A DNA stretch of 64,000 bases from a virus. The stretch's first letter is position 1; every line of letters begins with the position of its first letter. This document shows positions 36,196 to 45,536 of this stretch, in pieces. Location: positions 2,502 through 66,501 of IMG/VR virus record IMGVR_UViG_3300044712_002465; one strand, given 5' to 3'. The notes under the pieces are model-generated. The model saw only the letters and a program-made list of their open reading frames with translations, had not been told where the DNA came from and made no database searches. A program made the position numbers and the translations under genes.

Positions 36196-37653
36196 ATGCC
36201 GGCCCCCGCGCGCCCCGCCGCGGCTCCGGGCTCCTTCCGCGAGGCGGTGGAGTGGTTCCGCTCCCGCGTCCCGATGACGGACCCCGACTTCAAGGCGCTC
36301 GAGGGCGCGTCCCACCAGCGCGCCTTCACGATCGCCAACGTCGGCCAGCTCCAGGTCGTCACCGACGTGTGGAAGGCCCTCGACGACGCCATCGCGAAGG
36401 GCACCTCATTCGACGCCTTCAAGAAGGCCGTCTCCGACAAGCTCACGGCGGAGTGGGGCGGCGCGAACCCCGCGCGCGTCGAGCTGATCTTCCGGAACGG
36501 CGTGCAGAGCGCCTACAACCGAGGGCGCTGGCAGCAGATGATGAACCCCGAGGTCACTCGGACGCGGCCGTTCATCAAGAGCACCCCGATCCTCGACCTC
36601 CGCACCTCGAAGCTCTGCCGCCGGATCGGGGTCGTCGTCCTCCCCGCCAGCGATCCGTACTGGGAGACGCACTGGCCTCCGCTCCACCACGCCTGCAGGC
36701 GCACCTGCGTCTCGCTCACGCGGGAGCAGGCCTTCGCCCAGGGCATCACGTCCGGCGATCCGGTCGCGACGCCCTCGCAGGAAGGCTTCGGCCAGGCGCC
36801 GAGCCGCGGCGAGTGGCAGCCGGACCTGACGAAGTACCCCGCGCCGCTCGCCCTCGAGGCGACGCGGAAGGCCAACGCGGCGAACCAGGCCTTCTCGCCC
36901 CAGGTCACTCCCGCGCCGGCGCCGATCACGCCCGCCACGACGTACACGTGGTCGCCGGCGCCGACGGTGAACCGCGCGCTGGAGCAGCTCCGCGCCTTCG
37001 GTCCCGTGCCCCTCGAGGGCGAGGCCTACAAGAAGGCGGCCCGGCACGGACGCGCAGCGTTCGTCCTGTCGCGGACCACGGTGGAGGGTCGGGCGATCCG
37101 GATGGCGGACCGCGTCGCCTACCTGAACCAGGTGGGCGAGACGATGGCGGACCTCGCGAACCGCTTCCCCGCGGTCGCCCGAGCGATCCGCGAGGACGTC
37201 GTCTTCCTGCCCGGGCCCTCGAAGTCGAACGGCTCGGCGAGCTACGCGATGAACGCGAGGACGGGGCAGCGCACCACCGCGTATCACCTCTCGTTCGGTC
37301 CTCTCGCGGAGGAGGGCTACGCGAAGCGGATGGCGGATCACGAGGCGCGAACGGGCGCGCGCTGGACCGTCGGCGGGGGCACGGTCCGGTCGACCACGCG
37401 CCACGAGCTCGCCCACCTGGTCGAGTTCACGAAGGACGTGGACCTCCCGCGGCTGATGGACGCGATTCGGCAGGCCGCGGGCGTGCTGGGCGAGCGGGCG
37501 TGGATCCGCACGAACATCTCCGAGTACGCGACGGCGAAGGAGTCCGAGACCTGGGCGGAGCTCGTGTCGATGGTCACGGATCCGGCATACCGGGCGGGCT
37601 CGTTGCCCGCCCCGATCGAGCGGTTCATACTCGACACGCTGGGGACCCCATGA
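36196..37653 (+). CDS. MuF minor head protein fused to C-terminal HExxH metallopeptidase-like domain
   Basis: EAVEWFRSR...AFTIA...IFRNGVQSAYNRGR...WPPLHHACR (MuF); HELAH...ISEYAT...ETWAE. Confidence 0.85.
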   Translation: MPAPARPAAAPGSFREAVEWFRSRVPMTDPDFKALEGASHQRAFTIANVGQLQVVTDVWKALDDAIAKGTSFDAFKKAVSDKLTAEWGGANPARVELIFRNGVQSAYNRGRWQQMMNPEVTRTRPFIKSTPILDLRTSKLCRRIGVVVLPASDPYWETHWPPLHHACRRTCVSLTREQAFAQGITSGDPVATPSQEGFGQAPSRGEWQPDLTKYPAPLALEATRKANAANQAFSPQVTPAPAPITPATTYTWSPAPTVNRALEQLRAFGPVPLEGEAYKKAARHGRAAFVLSRTTVEGRAIRMADRVAYLNQVGETMADLANRFPAVARAIREDVVFLPGPSKSNGSASYAMNARTGQRTTAYHLSFGPLAEEGYAKRMADHEARTGARWTVGGGTVRSTTRHELAHLVEFTKDVDLPRLMDAIRQAAGVLGERAWIRTNISEYATAKESETWAELVSMVTDPAYRAGSLPAPIERFILDTLGTP

Positions 37654-37877
37654 GCGCGCCGCTCCTCGCCGACCTGTGCTCCCGCTGCCGCCACCTGAGC
37701 GGCGTGGTGCCTCTCTCCCGCCCGAGCGACGCCGGCGAGATCGTGTCGGGCGAGGCGGAGGTCGCCGGCGCGTGCGCGGCCTTCCCGAACGGGATCCCGG
37801 ACGCGATCGCCGAGGGCGACGTCGAGCACCGCGAGCCGTACCCGGGCGACCGGGGCATCCGGTTCGAGCCCGCGTAG
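37650..37877 (+). CDS. Small Cys-containing protein after MuF (candidate immunity)
   Basis: CSRCRH...CAAFPNGIPDAI...H..PYPGDRGIRFE; ATGA overlap. Confidence 0.7.
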   Translation: MSAPLLADLCSRCRHLSGVVPLSRPSDAGEIVSGEAEVAGACAAFPNGIPDAIAEGDVEHREPYPGDRGIRFEPA

Positions 37878-37888
37878 CCCGCCCCCGA

Positions 37889-37918
37889 TTGCGCTCCTCG
37901 CCGCGCCCGTGCCAACGG
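37889..37918 (+). promoter_or_regulatory. Putative late promoter 2
   Basis: TTGCGC-N12-CCGTGCCAACGG, GTG start at 37925. Confidence 0.7.
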
Positions 37919-37924
37919 CGGCGG

Positions 37925-38269
37925 GTGGACGACTCCTACGACGCGCCGGATCCAGACGGCATCGAGATCGGCGACGACCACCAGGTGAAGTACTTCTGCT
38001 GGGCGCCGGACCGCGAGCTGAACCCGCAGTGGGCGAACACGCCCGACGTCGAGCGCGCGGGCTGCATGATCTGGCACAAGCGCCCCGACAATGGGAAGCA
38101 GTGCGCTGGCGCCATCCACTTCGACGTGCCGGGCGCCGAGCACCTCGCTCCCGCGGACCACCGCTGGCAGGTGCAGTCGTTCGACCCCCTGACCATCAGC
38201 CCGAGCGTCCTGTGCATGCGCTGCGGCGACCACGGGTTCATCCGCGGCGGGCGGTGGATCCGGGCCTGA
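37925..38269 (+). CDS. DUF6527-like protein
   Basis: RWQV...PLTISPSVLCMRCGDHGFIRGGRWI. Confidence 0.7.
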   Translation: MDDSYDAPDPDGIEIGDDHQVKYFCWAPDRELNPQWANTPDVERAGCMIWHKRPDNGKQCAGAIHFDVPGAEHLAPADHRWQVQSFDPLTISPSVLCMRCGDHGFIRGGRWIRA

Positions 38270-38387
38270 CCGAAGAAGAAGGGCCGCCCTCGAGGACGGC
38301 CCCTGCTGAGCCACCGGCCCACCCGGCTCCCAGCGCGAGGCCCGACGGTAGCACGGTGCGCGGCGGGGCCGCACGAACGCCGCCGGC

Positions 38388-38417
38388 TTGACGACCGTCC
38401 GGGGGCCGTGCCAACGG
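38388..38417 (+). promoter_or_regulatory. Putative late promoter 3 (head-tail operon)
   Basis: TTGACG-N12-CCGTGCCAACGG, ATG at 38424. Confidence 0.75.
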
Positions 38418-38423
38418 CGGTCG

Positions 38424-39665
38424 ATGAAGAGGTTCGGGGCCGCATCCCTGTTCGCGAAGCTGACCGCCTCCGCCACCGGCAAGGTCGGCGAGCTGCACAT
38501 CTACGACGTCATCGGCAAGGACTTCTGGGGCGAGGGCATCTCCGCCTCCGACGTCATCCAGGCGCTCAAGGAGTGCGAGGGCGCCACCGAGCTGGTCGTC
38601 CGCATCAACAGCCCGGGCGGGAGCGTCTGGGAGGGGCTCGCCATCCATGGCCTCCTGAAGGCCTTCCCCGCGCCGAAGACCGTGCACGTGGACGGCCTCG
38701 CTGCGTCGATGGCGTCGCTGCTGGCGATGGTCGGCGACCGGATCGTCACCGGCAAGAGCGCGCTGTGGATGATCCACGAGCCCCGCACGCCCCGCATCGA
38801 GCGCGGCACCATCGAGGACCACGTCAAGACGGCCGACTGGCTCGGGAAGCTGCGCGACGGCGTGTGCGACATGTACTGCGGCCGCACGAAGCGCGCCCGC
38901 GCCGAGATGCTGGAGTGGATGGCCGCCGAGACGTGGATGAGCGCGGCCGAGGCGAAGGAACGCGGCTTCACCGACGAGATCTCCGAGCAGGCGGCGACCG
39001 GCGCGGCCGCCGCCTTCACCCCCGCCGCCGTCCAGGTCCTCTCCGTCTTCGCGAAGACGCCCGAGCTCGTGCGCGCGGCCGCCGTCGCGAGCACCGCCCA
39101 CCCGCCGCCGCCGGCGGCACCGAAGGAGCCCGTCATGCTCAAGTTCCTCATCGCCGCCCTCGGCCTCGCCGAGACCGCCTCGGAGGCCGACGTCCAGGCC
39201 GCCATCACGAAGCGCCTCGAGTCCGGGCGCGTCGCCGGCGAGCAGCTCGTCGCCCTGGTCGCCGTCACCGGCAAGACCACCGCCGAGGACGCGAAGGGCG
39301 TCATCGCCGGGTGGAAGGCGGGCGCCGAGCAGGTCCCCGCGCTCCAGGCCAAGGTCGGCGAGCTCGAGAAGAAGGCCGCCGGCGAGAAGCTCGAGCAGCT
39401 CATCGCGAAGGGCAAGGCGGACGGCAAGCTCTCCCCCGGCATGGAGGCCTGGGCCAAGGGGCAGACGGCCGAGGCGCTCGCCGCGTTCCTCGAGGTCGCG
39501 CCGAAGCTCGCCCCGACCCGCGAGGTCAAGGAGACGAAGCCGCCCGCCGGCGGCGCCGTCGAGGGCAGCGCGGCCGAGATCGCGCGGCAGTGCGGCGTCA
39601 GCCCGGAGGCGCTCTCCACCTTCCGCGAGAACCCGAACCCCACCGACACCGCGGCGACCAAGTAG
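38424..39665 (+). CDS. ClpP-like head maturation protease fused to scaffold domain
   Basis: RINSPGGSV, DGLAASMAS, MIHEP, ETWMSAAEAKERGFTDEI; Ala/Lys-rich helical C-terminus. Confidence 0.92.
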   Translation: MKRFGAASLFAKLTASATGKVGELHIYDVIGKDFWGEGISASDVIQALKECEGATELVVRINSPGGSVWEGLAIHGLLKAFPAPKTVHVDGLAASMASLLAMVGDRIVTGKSALWMIHEPRTPRIERGTIEDHVKTADWLGKLRDGVCDMYCGRTKRARAEMLEWMAAETWMSAAEAKERGFTDEISEQAATGAAAAFTPAAVQVLSVFAKTPELVRAAAVASTAHPPPPAAPKEPVMLKFLIAALGLAETASEADVQAAITKRLESGRVAGEQLVALVAVTGKTTAEDAKGVIAGWKAGAEQVPALQAKVGELEKKAAGEKLEQLIAKGKADGKLSPGMEAWAKGQTAEALAAFLEVAPKLAPTREVKETKPPAGGAVEGSAAEIARQCGVSPEALSTFRENPNPTDTAATK

Positions 39666-39686
39666 CGCCGCGAAAGGACCGCGACC

Positions 39687-40109
39687 ATGGCCGCTCTGAC
39701 CGCCGCGAAGCCGAACCCCTCCCGCGTCTCCAGCGGGCCCCTCTCGACCGACATCCACGCGCCGATGGCGACCGGGGTGACGATCTACGCGGGCGCCCTC
39801 GTCTCCGTCGCGGCGACCGGGTACGCCCGCCCCGCCCGCACCAGCACCACCGACCTCGTGCTCGGCGTCGCCCAGGAGACCAAGGCGAACGCCGGCGCGG
39901 ACGGCGCCGCGAGCATCGCCGTCAAGCGCGGCGTCTACAAGTTCGCCAACAGCGCCGCGGGCGACGCGATCTCCGCCGCCCACGTCGGCCGCGACGTCTT
40001 CATCGTCGACGACCAGACCGTCGCCGCCACGAACGGCACCAACACCCGGGTCCGCGCGGGCAAGTGCGTGGGCGTCGACTCCGACGGCGTCTGGGTGGAG
40101 ACCTACTAG
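39687..40109 (+). CDS. Capsid cement/decoration protein
   Basis: IYAGALV...GYARPA...VFIVDDQTV...GVWV; lies between protease and MCP. Confidence 0.75.
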   Translation: MAALTAAKPNPSRVSSGPLSTDIHAPMATGVTIYAGALVSVAATGYARPARTSTTDLVLGVAQETKANAGADGAASIAVKRGVYKFANSAAGDAISAAHVGRDVFIVDDQTVAATNGTNTRVRAGKCVGVDSDGVWVETY

Positions 40110-40136
40110 CGCCGCCGGCGCTCTGGGAGAACCGAC

Positions 40137-41060
40137 ATGATCCTCGACCCGACCAACCTGTCCGCCCTCCGCGACAGCATCAACACCCGCTTCCAGGCGG
40201 GCTTCCGCCGGCCGACGCCGATCTGGCCGACGCTCGCCATGCTCGTCCCCTCGAAGACCTCGATCGAGTCCTACGCGTGGACCGAGGACGTGCCCCGGTT
40301 CCGCGAGTGGGTCGGCGAGCGCGCCGCGCACGACCTGCAGGGCCGCGGGGCGCAGATCGTGAACAAGAAGTTCGAGGGGACGCTGAAGATCCCCCGCGAG
40401 AAGATCGAGGACGACCAGTACGGCCTCTACGGCAACCACGCCGAGCTCCTCGGCGTGCAGGCCCGCAAGCTCCCCGACGACCTCATCGTCGACCTGGTCA
40501 AGGGCGGGAAGACCGCGACCTGCTTCGACGGCCAGTACTTCTTCGACACGGACCACCCGGTCCACATCGAGAGCCCGGGCCTCGGCACCTGGTCGAACCT
40601 CCACGCGGCGAAGCCGATCGCCACGGGCACCCTCGCCACCGACCGCGCCAACTTCGAGTCGGTCCGCACCGCGATGAAGGGCATCAAGCTCGGCCGGTCC
40701 GCGCGCGTCGCCGGCGTGACGCCGACCGTCCTCGTCTGCGGCACCGACCTCGAGGGGCCGGCGAAGCGCCTCGTGGTCGCCGAGAAGGACCCGTCGGGCG
40801 CCACCAACGTCAACGCCGGCTCCTGCCGCGTGCTCGTCATCCCCGAGCTCGACGAGACCGGCGTCTGGTACCTGCTCGACGACACCCTCCCGGTGAAGCC
40901 GTTCGTCTGGCAGGAGCGCACCTCGGTCGAGTGGACCGCGAAGTTCGACCCGAACGACGACAACGTCTTCAAGCTCGACGAGTTCCTCTTCGGCGGGCGC
41001 ATGCGCGGCAACGCGGGGTACGGCCTCCCGTTCCTGATCGCCCGCGCCGAGCCGACGTAG
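40137..41060 (+). CDS. Major capsid protein (Mu gpT family)
   Basis: PRFREWVGER...NKKFEGT...IEDDQYGLY...CFDGQYFFDTDHP...WYLLD...KPFVWQER...RGNAGYG. Confidence 0.93.
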   Translation: MILDPTNLSALRDSINTRFQAGFRRPTPIWPTLAMLVPSKTSIESYAWTEDVPRFREWVGERAAHDLQGRGAQIVNKKFEGTLKIPREKIEDDQYGLYGNHAELLGVQARKLPDDLIVDLVKGGKTATCFDGQYFFDTDHPVHIESPGLGTWSNLHAAKPIATGTLATDRANFESVRTAMKGIKLGRSARVAGVTPTVLVCGTDLEGPAKRLVVAEKDPSGATNVNAGSCRVLVIPELDETGVWYLLDDTLPVKPFVWQERTSVEWTAKFDPNDDNVFKLDEFLFGGRMRGNAGYGLPFLIARAEPT

Positions 41061-41141
41061 TCGGCCCGCGTGACCACCTCGCCGGGCGGCCGCTCCCCCA
41101 GGACCGCCCGGCTCCTCCCCGACCTCCTCCTGGAGACGACG

Positions 41142-41381
41142 ATGGCCGAGAAGACGACGAAGGTGCTCGTGAAGGTCCCGATGACCCACCCGTTCTCGCA
41201 CTACCGGCGGGCGGGCCTGGCCCTGTCGAAGGGCGACAACGTCGTCGAGGTCACGGACGAGCAGCTCAAGGCGCTGAAGGGCGACCGGCAGCTCCTCGTC
41301 GGCGCGCCGCCGGCGGAGGCGCCGAAGCCGCCGACCCAGGGCGGCCAGGGCGGGCAGGGCGGCCAGGGGGCCGCGCGCTAG
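41142..41381 (+). CDS. HI1506-like small head-associated protein
   Basis: YRRAGL...EQLKALKGDRQLLV. Confidence 0.7.
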   Translation: MAEKTTKVLVKVPMTHPFSHYRRAGLALSKGDNVVEVTDEQLKALKGDRQLLVGAPPAEAPKPPTQGGQGGQGGQGAAR

Positions 41382-41393
41382 CTCGAGGCGGCC

Positions 41394-41828
41394 GTGGCCT
41401 ATGCGACGCCGAACGACCTGAGCGCCTTCGGGAGGGCCGGACAGGCCCTCTCCGGTCTCGATCCGTCCGGCGTCGAGGCGCAGCTCGAGGCGGCGTCGAA
41501 GCTCGCGGACGGCTACATCGCGAACCGCGTCACCCTCCCACTCTCCGCGCCGTACCCCATCGAGCTCGTGCAGGCGGTCTGCAAGATCGCCGCGTACGAG
41601 CTCCTGGGGAACCGCGGTCTCGACCCCGACACCGAGCAGGACCTCTCGAAGAGCCGCTCCGAGTCCATCGCCTGGCTCCGCGACGTCCAGAGCCGCTCCG
41701 CGAACCCGGCGTGGGCGGACGGCGCCTCGGGCGCGTCGGGCTACGACGACGGCGGCGTGGTGGTCCCGGTCCTCGACGAGGAGACCGGCCTCTCGACGGT
41801 CGAGGCCCCCACGCTGAGGGGGATCTAG
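41394..41828 (+). CDS. Head-tail adaptor (Mu gp36/DUF1320)
   Basis: MAYATPNDL...ASKLADGYI...LPL...CKIAAYEL...IAWLRDV. Confidence 0.85.
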   Translation: MAYATPNDLSAFGRAGQALSGLDPSGVEAQLEAASKLADGYIANRVTLPLSAPYPIELVQAVCKIAAYELLGNRGLDPDTEQDLSKSRSESIAWLRDVQSRSANPAWADGASGASGYDDGGVVVPVLDEETGLSTVEAPTLRGI

Positions 41829-41831
41829 CCC

Positions 41832-42380
41832 ATGGCCGTGAGGGGCGACTTCGGCGGGCTCCAGGACCTGCAGCGTCGGGTCGCGGCGTTCGGGGACGGG
41901 ACGCTGATGCGCCGCGTCTCGAAGGTCTGCGCCGAGGAGGCGCGCACCCAGGTCTCGGTGAGCTTCGAGCGCGGCGTCGACCCGTCCGACAGCCCGTGGG
42001 CGCCGCTCACCTCGAGGACGGGCCATCCGCTCCGCGACACCGGGCGGTTCATGTCCTCGTTCACGACGCTCTCGGAGCGGGACTTCTTCGGCGTCTCGAC
42101 CGACTTCGTGGGCGCCAAGGTCCACCAGTACGGGGCCGTCATCAAGCCGAAGACGGCCGGGGCCCTCTTCTTCGAGGTCGAGGGCGGCATGGTGTTCATG
42201 GGCAAGCGCGGGCGACGCCTGAAGCGTCCGCGCGCGTTCAAGTCCTGGGTGATCACGAAGCAGGTGACGATCCCGCGCCGCCAGTACGTCCCCGAGGGCA
42301 GCGTGCCGACGCGATGGGGGAACGCCATCAACGCGGCCGCGACCGCCGAGATGGTCGAGTTCATGGGGGGGGACTTCTGA
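41832..42380 (+). CDS. Virion morphogenesis protein (Mu gpG / tail completion)
   Basis: DPSDSPWAPL...LRDTGR...AKVHQYG...VTIPRRQY. Confidence 0.85.
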   Translation: MAVRGDFGGLQDLQRRVAAFGDGTLMRRVSKVCAEEARTQVSVSFERGVDPSDSPWAPLTSRTGHPLRDTGRFMSSFTTLSERDFFGVSTDFVGAKVHQYGAVIKPKTAGALFFEVEGGMVFMGKRGRRLKRPRAFKSWVITKQVTIPRRQYVPEGSVPTRWGNAINAAATAEMVEFMGGDF

Positions 42381-42862
42381 TGGCCCTCATGGACGTCCTC
42401 GAGAAGATGCAGGAGCACCTGGCCCAGCTCTCGCCCGGCACGGTGGTGAAGTTCGGGCACGCGGCGATCCCGGAGAACGACCCGCCGCCGCGCGTCGTCC
42501 TGGCGCCCGTCGACAGCGCGTTCAAGCCCCCCTCCCAGCGGTACGTGACCGGGCCCGGCAAGCCCCGCGCCCTCTACACGGAGGCGCAGGACGTCGTCGC
42601 GCACTGCTGGGGCGCCGACGACCGCAAGGCGGAGGCCATCCGGAACGCGGTCATCGTCGCGGGCCGCCGGACGATGCCCCCCAGCGACTTCCTGCTCACC
42701 GCCGGCGGCAGCGAGCGGAAGCCCGACAAGCTCACGCACGCCGGCGTCGTGCGCCTCCTCCGGTTCACCGTCAACCTGCCCGTGCTCGAGCCCGCCAGCC
42801 CGAGCGCCGCCGTGACCGGCATCGACGCCGGCGACGTCGCCCCCACCAGCAGCGCCCCCTGA
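42380..42862 (+). CDS. Putative tail terminator/completion protein
   Basis: TGATG overlap; position before sheath. Confidence 0.6.
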   Translation: MALMDVLEKMQEHLAQLSPGTVVKFGHAAIPENDPPPRVVLAPVDSAFKPPSQRYVTGPGKPRALYTEAQDVVAHCWGADDRKAEAIRNAVIVAGRRTMPPSDFLLTAGGSERKPDKLTHAGVVRLLRFTVNLPVLEPASPSAAVTGIDAGDVAPTSSAP

Positions 42863-42864
42863 GG

Positions 42865-43065
42865 ATGCCCATGGACGATCGCAAGCCCTTCGAGACCTGG
42901 GTCGAGGCCAAGAAGCCCCCCGCGTGGCTGGCCGCGGCCGCGCGCGCGATGCGGGGCTGGCCCATCGGCCGCGAGGTGACGGAGCAGGAGTTCGACGACG
43001 CCCTCGAGGCCGCCGGCCAGGTCGCCATCGGTTACGAGCTCACCCCCTCCACGAAGAGGAGCTGA
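42865..43065 (+). CDS. Small conserved phage protein before sheath
   Basis: WLAAAARAMRGW..GREVTEQEFDDAL. Confidence 0.65.
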   Translation: MPMDDRKPFETWVEAKKPPAWLAAAARAMRGWPIGREVTEQEFDDALEAAGQVAIGYELTPSTKRS

Positions 43066-43068
43066 TCC

Positions 43069-44496
43069 ATGCCTCCGATCCCCGACGCAACCGTCACCGT
43101 CCTCGACGGCGCCAACGGCCTCGCCGCCGACCGCGGCGACCGCATCCAGGTGAAGATCGGCACGAGCTCGGCGGGGACGGCGAACGTCCTCGAGTCCATC
43201 TCCGCCGTCGGTGACCTCGTCTCGAAGTTCGGCCAGGGCCCGCTCGTCGAGTCGGCCGCCATGGTCCTGTCCGAGGCGGGCGGCCCGATCTACTGCATGA
43301 AGGTCGCCGGCAGCGTCGCCGGGACGGCGGCCGCGCCCGTCGCCACGAAGACCGGCACCGCGACCCTCGCCGTGGGCGGCGCGCCGTACGACGCCTACGA
43401 GGTGGTCGTGAAGATCGTGCGGGGCGGGGCGACCCTCATCGCCGGGACCGCCACGTTCAAGTACTCGCTCGACGGCGGCCGGACCTACTCCGGCGAGCTC
43501 GCCGTCCCGACCTCGGGCATCTACGCGATCCCGAACAGCAACCTGACCCTGACCTGGACCTACACCTCCGGGACCGCCTTCGTCGCTGACGACCAGTGGA
43601 CCTCCGCGTGCACCGCGCCGGGCTACTCGACGAGCGACCTCGCGACGACGATCACCGCGCTCCTCGCCGACCCCCGGACGTGGTTCCTCGCGCACGTCGT
43701 CGGGATCCCGACCGACCTCGCCGGCGCCCGCGCGCTCTTCGCCGCCCTCGCCACCCACATGGCGACCGCGGCCGCGTCGTACCGGTTCGCCCGGGCGCTG
43801 ATGGAGGCGCCGTTCGACACGGACGCGAACCTGCTCGCCAACACCACGGGCTTCGGCGACCTCGCCGACCTCCGGGTGGCGGTGGGCGCCGGGCCGGCGA
43901 ACATCATCAGCCCCGTCTCGGGCCGGTCGTACAAGCGCAACGCGGCGTGGCGCGCCGCGGCCCGCGCGCAGAAGCTGGCGCCGTCGCAGGACCTCGGCGA
44001 GGTCGCCGCCGGCCCGGTGCCGGGCATCGTCTCGCTCGGGCGCGACGAGCAGGCCACCCCGGGGCTCGACGCGGGCCGGTTCATCACGCTGCGCACGATC
44101 ATCAACCGGTCGGGCTACTACCTCACGCGTGGCCGCCTCTTCGCCCCCGCGGGCTCGGACTACACGCTCCTGCAGGACGGCCGCGTGATGGACATCGCGT
44201 GCTCCGTCGCGCGGGACCGGGCGCTCGCGTTCCTGAACAGCCGCTTCGCCACGAACCCCGACGGCACCATCGAGGACACCGCGGCGAAGGGCGTCGAGGC
44301 GGTCATCGACGACGACCTGCGCAACCAGATCGTCCGCAAGGGCGACGCCGTCGACTGCTCGGTCGCGGTGGACCGCACCATCAACATGGTCACCACCGGC
44401 ACCCTGAAGGTGAGGGTCCGCATCCAGCGGTTCGCCTACGCGAGCGCGATCGAGCTCGAGCTCGGCTTCAAGTCGACCGCCCTCGCGGCGGCCTAA
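43069..44496 (+). CDS. Tail sheath protein (DUF2586-like)
   Basis: 475 aa; FKYSLDGG...LDAGRFITLR...GSDYTLLQDGRVMD; precedes tube. Confidence 0.85.
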   Translation: MPPIPDATVTVLDGANGLAADRGDRIQVKIGTSSAGTANVLESISAVGDLVSKFGQGPLVESAAMVLSEAGGPIYCMKVAGSVAGTAAAPVATKTGTATLAVGGAPYDAYEVVVKIVRGGATLIAGTATFKYSLDGGRTYSGELAVPTSGIYAIPNSNLTLTWTYTSGTAFVADDQWTSACTAPGYSTSDLATTITALLADPRTWFLAHVVGIPTDLAGARALFAALATHMATAAASYRFARALMEAPFDTDANLLANTTGFGDLADLRVAVGAGPANIISPVSGRSYKRNAAWRAAARAQKLAPSQDLGEVAAGPVPGIVSLGRDEQATPGLDAGRFITLRTIINRSGYYLTRGRLFAPAGSDYTLLQDGRVMDIACSVARDRALAFLNSRFATNPDGTIEDTAAKGVEAVIDDDLRNQIVRKGDAVDCSVAVDRTINMVTTGTLKVRVRIQRFAYASAIELELGFKSTALAAA

Positions 44497-44511
44497 GGGA
44501 GGCACGCCACC

Positions 44512-45048
44512 ATGAACCCGACCGGTCTCGCGGAACCCCTGATCAACGGCGTCCAGTACGACTACTCCTCCCTGGAGGTGAAGGTCCGCGGGAAGCCCAT
44601 CCTCGGACGCGCCTTCACCGCGGTCTCGTACAAGGAGTCGCTCAAGCCCGGGAAGGTCCGGGCCGGACACCCCCAGGCGCTGGGGCGCACGCGCGGCGAG
44701 TACGACGCCGAGGGGTCCCTCGAGGTGCCCAAGACGCACCTCCACACGTTCCTGAAGGAGCTCTGCGGCGAGGCCGCGGTGCAGGGCATGGCCGCGGGCG
44801 CGATCGCCGGCTCCGTCTCCGCCGGGAACGTCACGATCGGCTACCTCGAGTCGTCCTTCCTGCTGACCGTCTCCTACGGCGACATCGGCCAGGCCTCGCA
44901 GGAGGACACGCTCGTCGGCTGCAAGATCACGGACATCGACGAGAACCACAAGGCCGGCCCCGATGGACTCATGGTGAGCCTCTCGCTCGACATCGCCTAC
45001 ATCCTCCGCAACAAGCTGCCGCCGATGGGCAGCGCGATGATCCGCTGA
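44512..45048 (+). CDS. Tail tube protein
   Basis: PLINGVQYDYSSLEV...GRTRGEYDAEGSL...DTLVGCKIT. Confidence 0.82.
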   Translation: MNPTGLAEPLINGVQYDYSSLEVKVRGKPILGRAFTAVSYKESLKPGKVRAGHPQALGRTRGEYDAEGSLEVPKTHLHTFLKELCGEAAVQGMAAGAIAGSVSAGNVTIGYLESSFLLTVSYGDIGQASQEDTLVGCKITDIDENHKAGPDGLMVSLSLDIAYILRNKLPPMGSAMIR

Positions 45049-45073
45049 ACCACCCGCTGAGAAAGGCCCCCCC

Positions 45074-45391
45074 ATGCTGACGAAGGAGCAGGTCGCAGAG
45101 CTGAAGGCGGCGAACCCCGGAGTGGAGCTCGCCCGCGTGGTCGTCCAGGGCGTCGAGGTGGTCCTGAAGGCGCCCTCGCGCGCGCAGTACAAGCGCTTCA
45201 TCAAGATCGGGCGGCAGGAGGGCATGCGCATGGAGGCGGCCGAGGACCTCTGCCGCGACTGCGTCGTCTTCCCCGGGCCCGAGGAGCTGCCGAAGCTCTT
45301 CGAGCAGAAGGTCGCCCTGTCGATGACGCTCGCCGGCGAGCTGTCCGAGATGGCCGGCGCCGCGGAGGAGGTCGAGCGCACTTTCTTGTAG
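45074..45391 (+). CDS. Tail assembly chaperone (gpG-like)
   Basis: Between tube and tape measure; followed by an open -1 frame to 45540. Confidence 0.75.
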   Translation: MLTKEQVAELKAANPGVELARVVVQGVEVVLKAPSRAQYKRFIKIGRQEGMRMEAAEDLCRDCVVFPGPEELPKLFEQKVALSMTLAGELSEMAGAAEEVERTFL

Positions 45392-45536
45392 GCGCCCGCG
45401 ACGCGGCGCTCGCCGATCCCCTCGAGGCGACCGACGCGTTGCTGGCGCTCTTCAGGGGCGGTGAGGAGGAAGAGGCGCGGGTCGGGGCGGCCATCCTCGC
45501 CGCCGGCATCGAGGCTCTCCGGAGGACGACGGGATC

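Noticed and set aside
34501-42380. Transposable Mu-like phage
   Set aside because: Head genes are Mu-like, but no MuA/MuB is seen; the element has initiator/DnaB replication and a tRNA att
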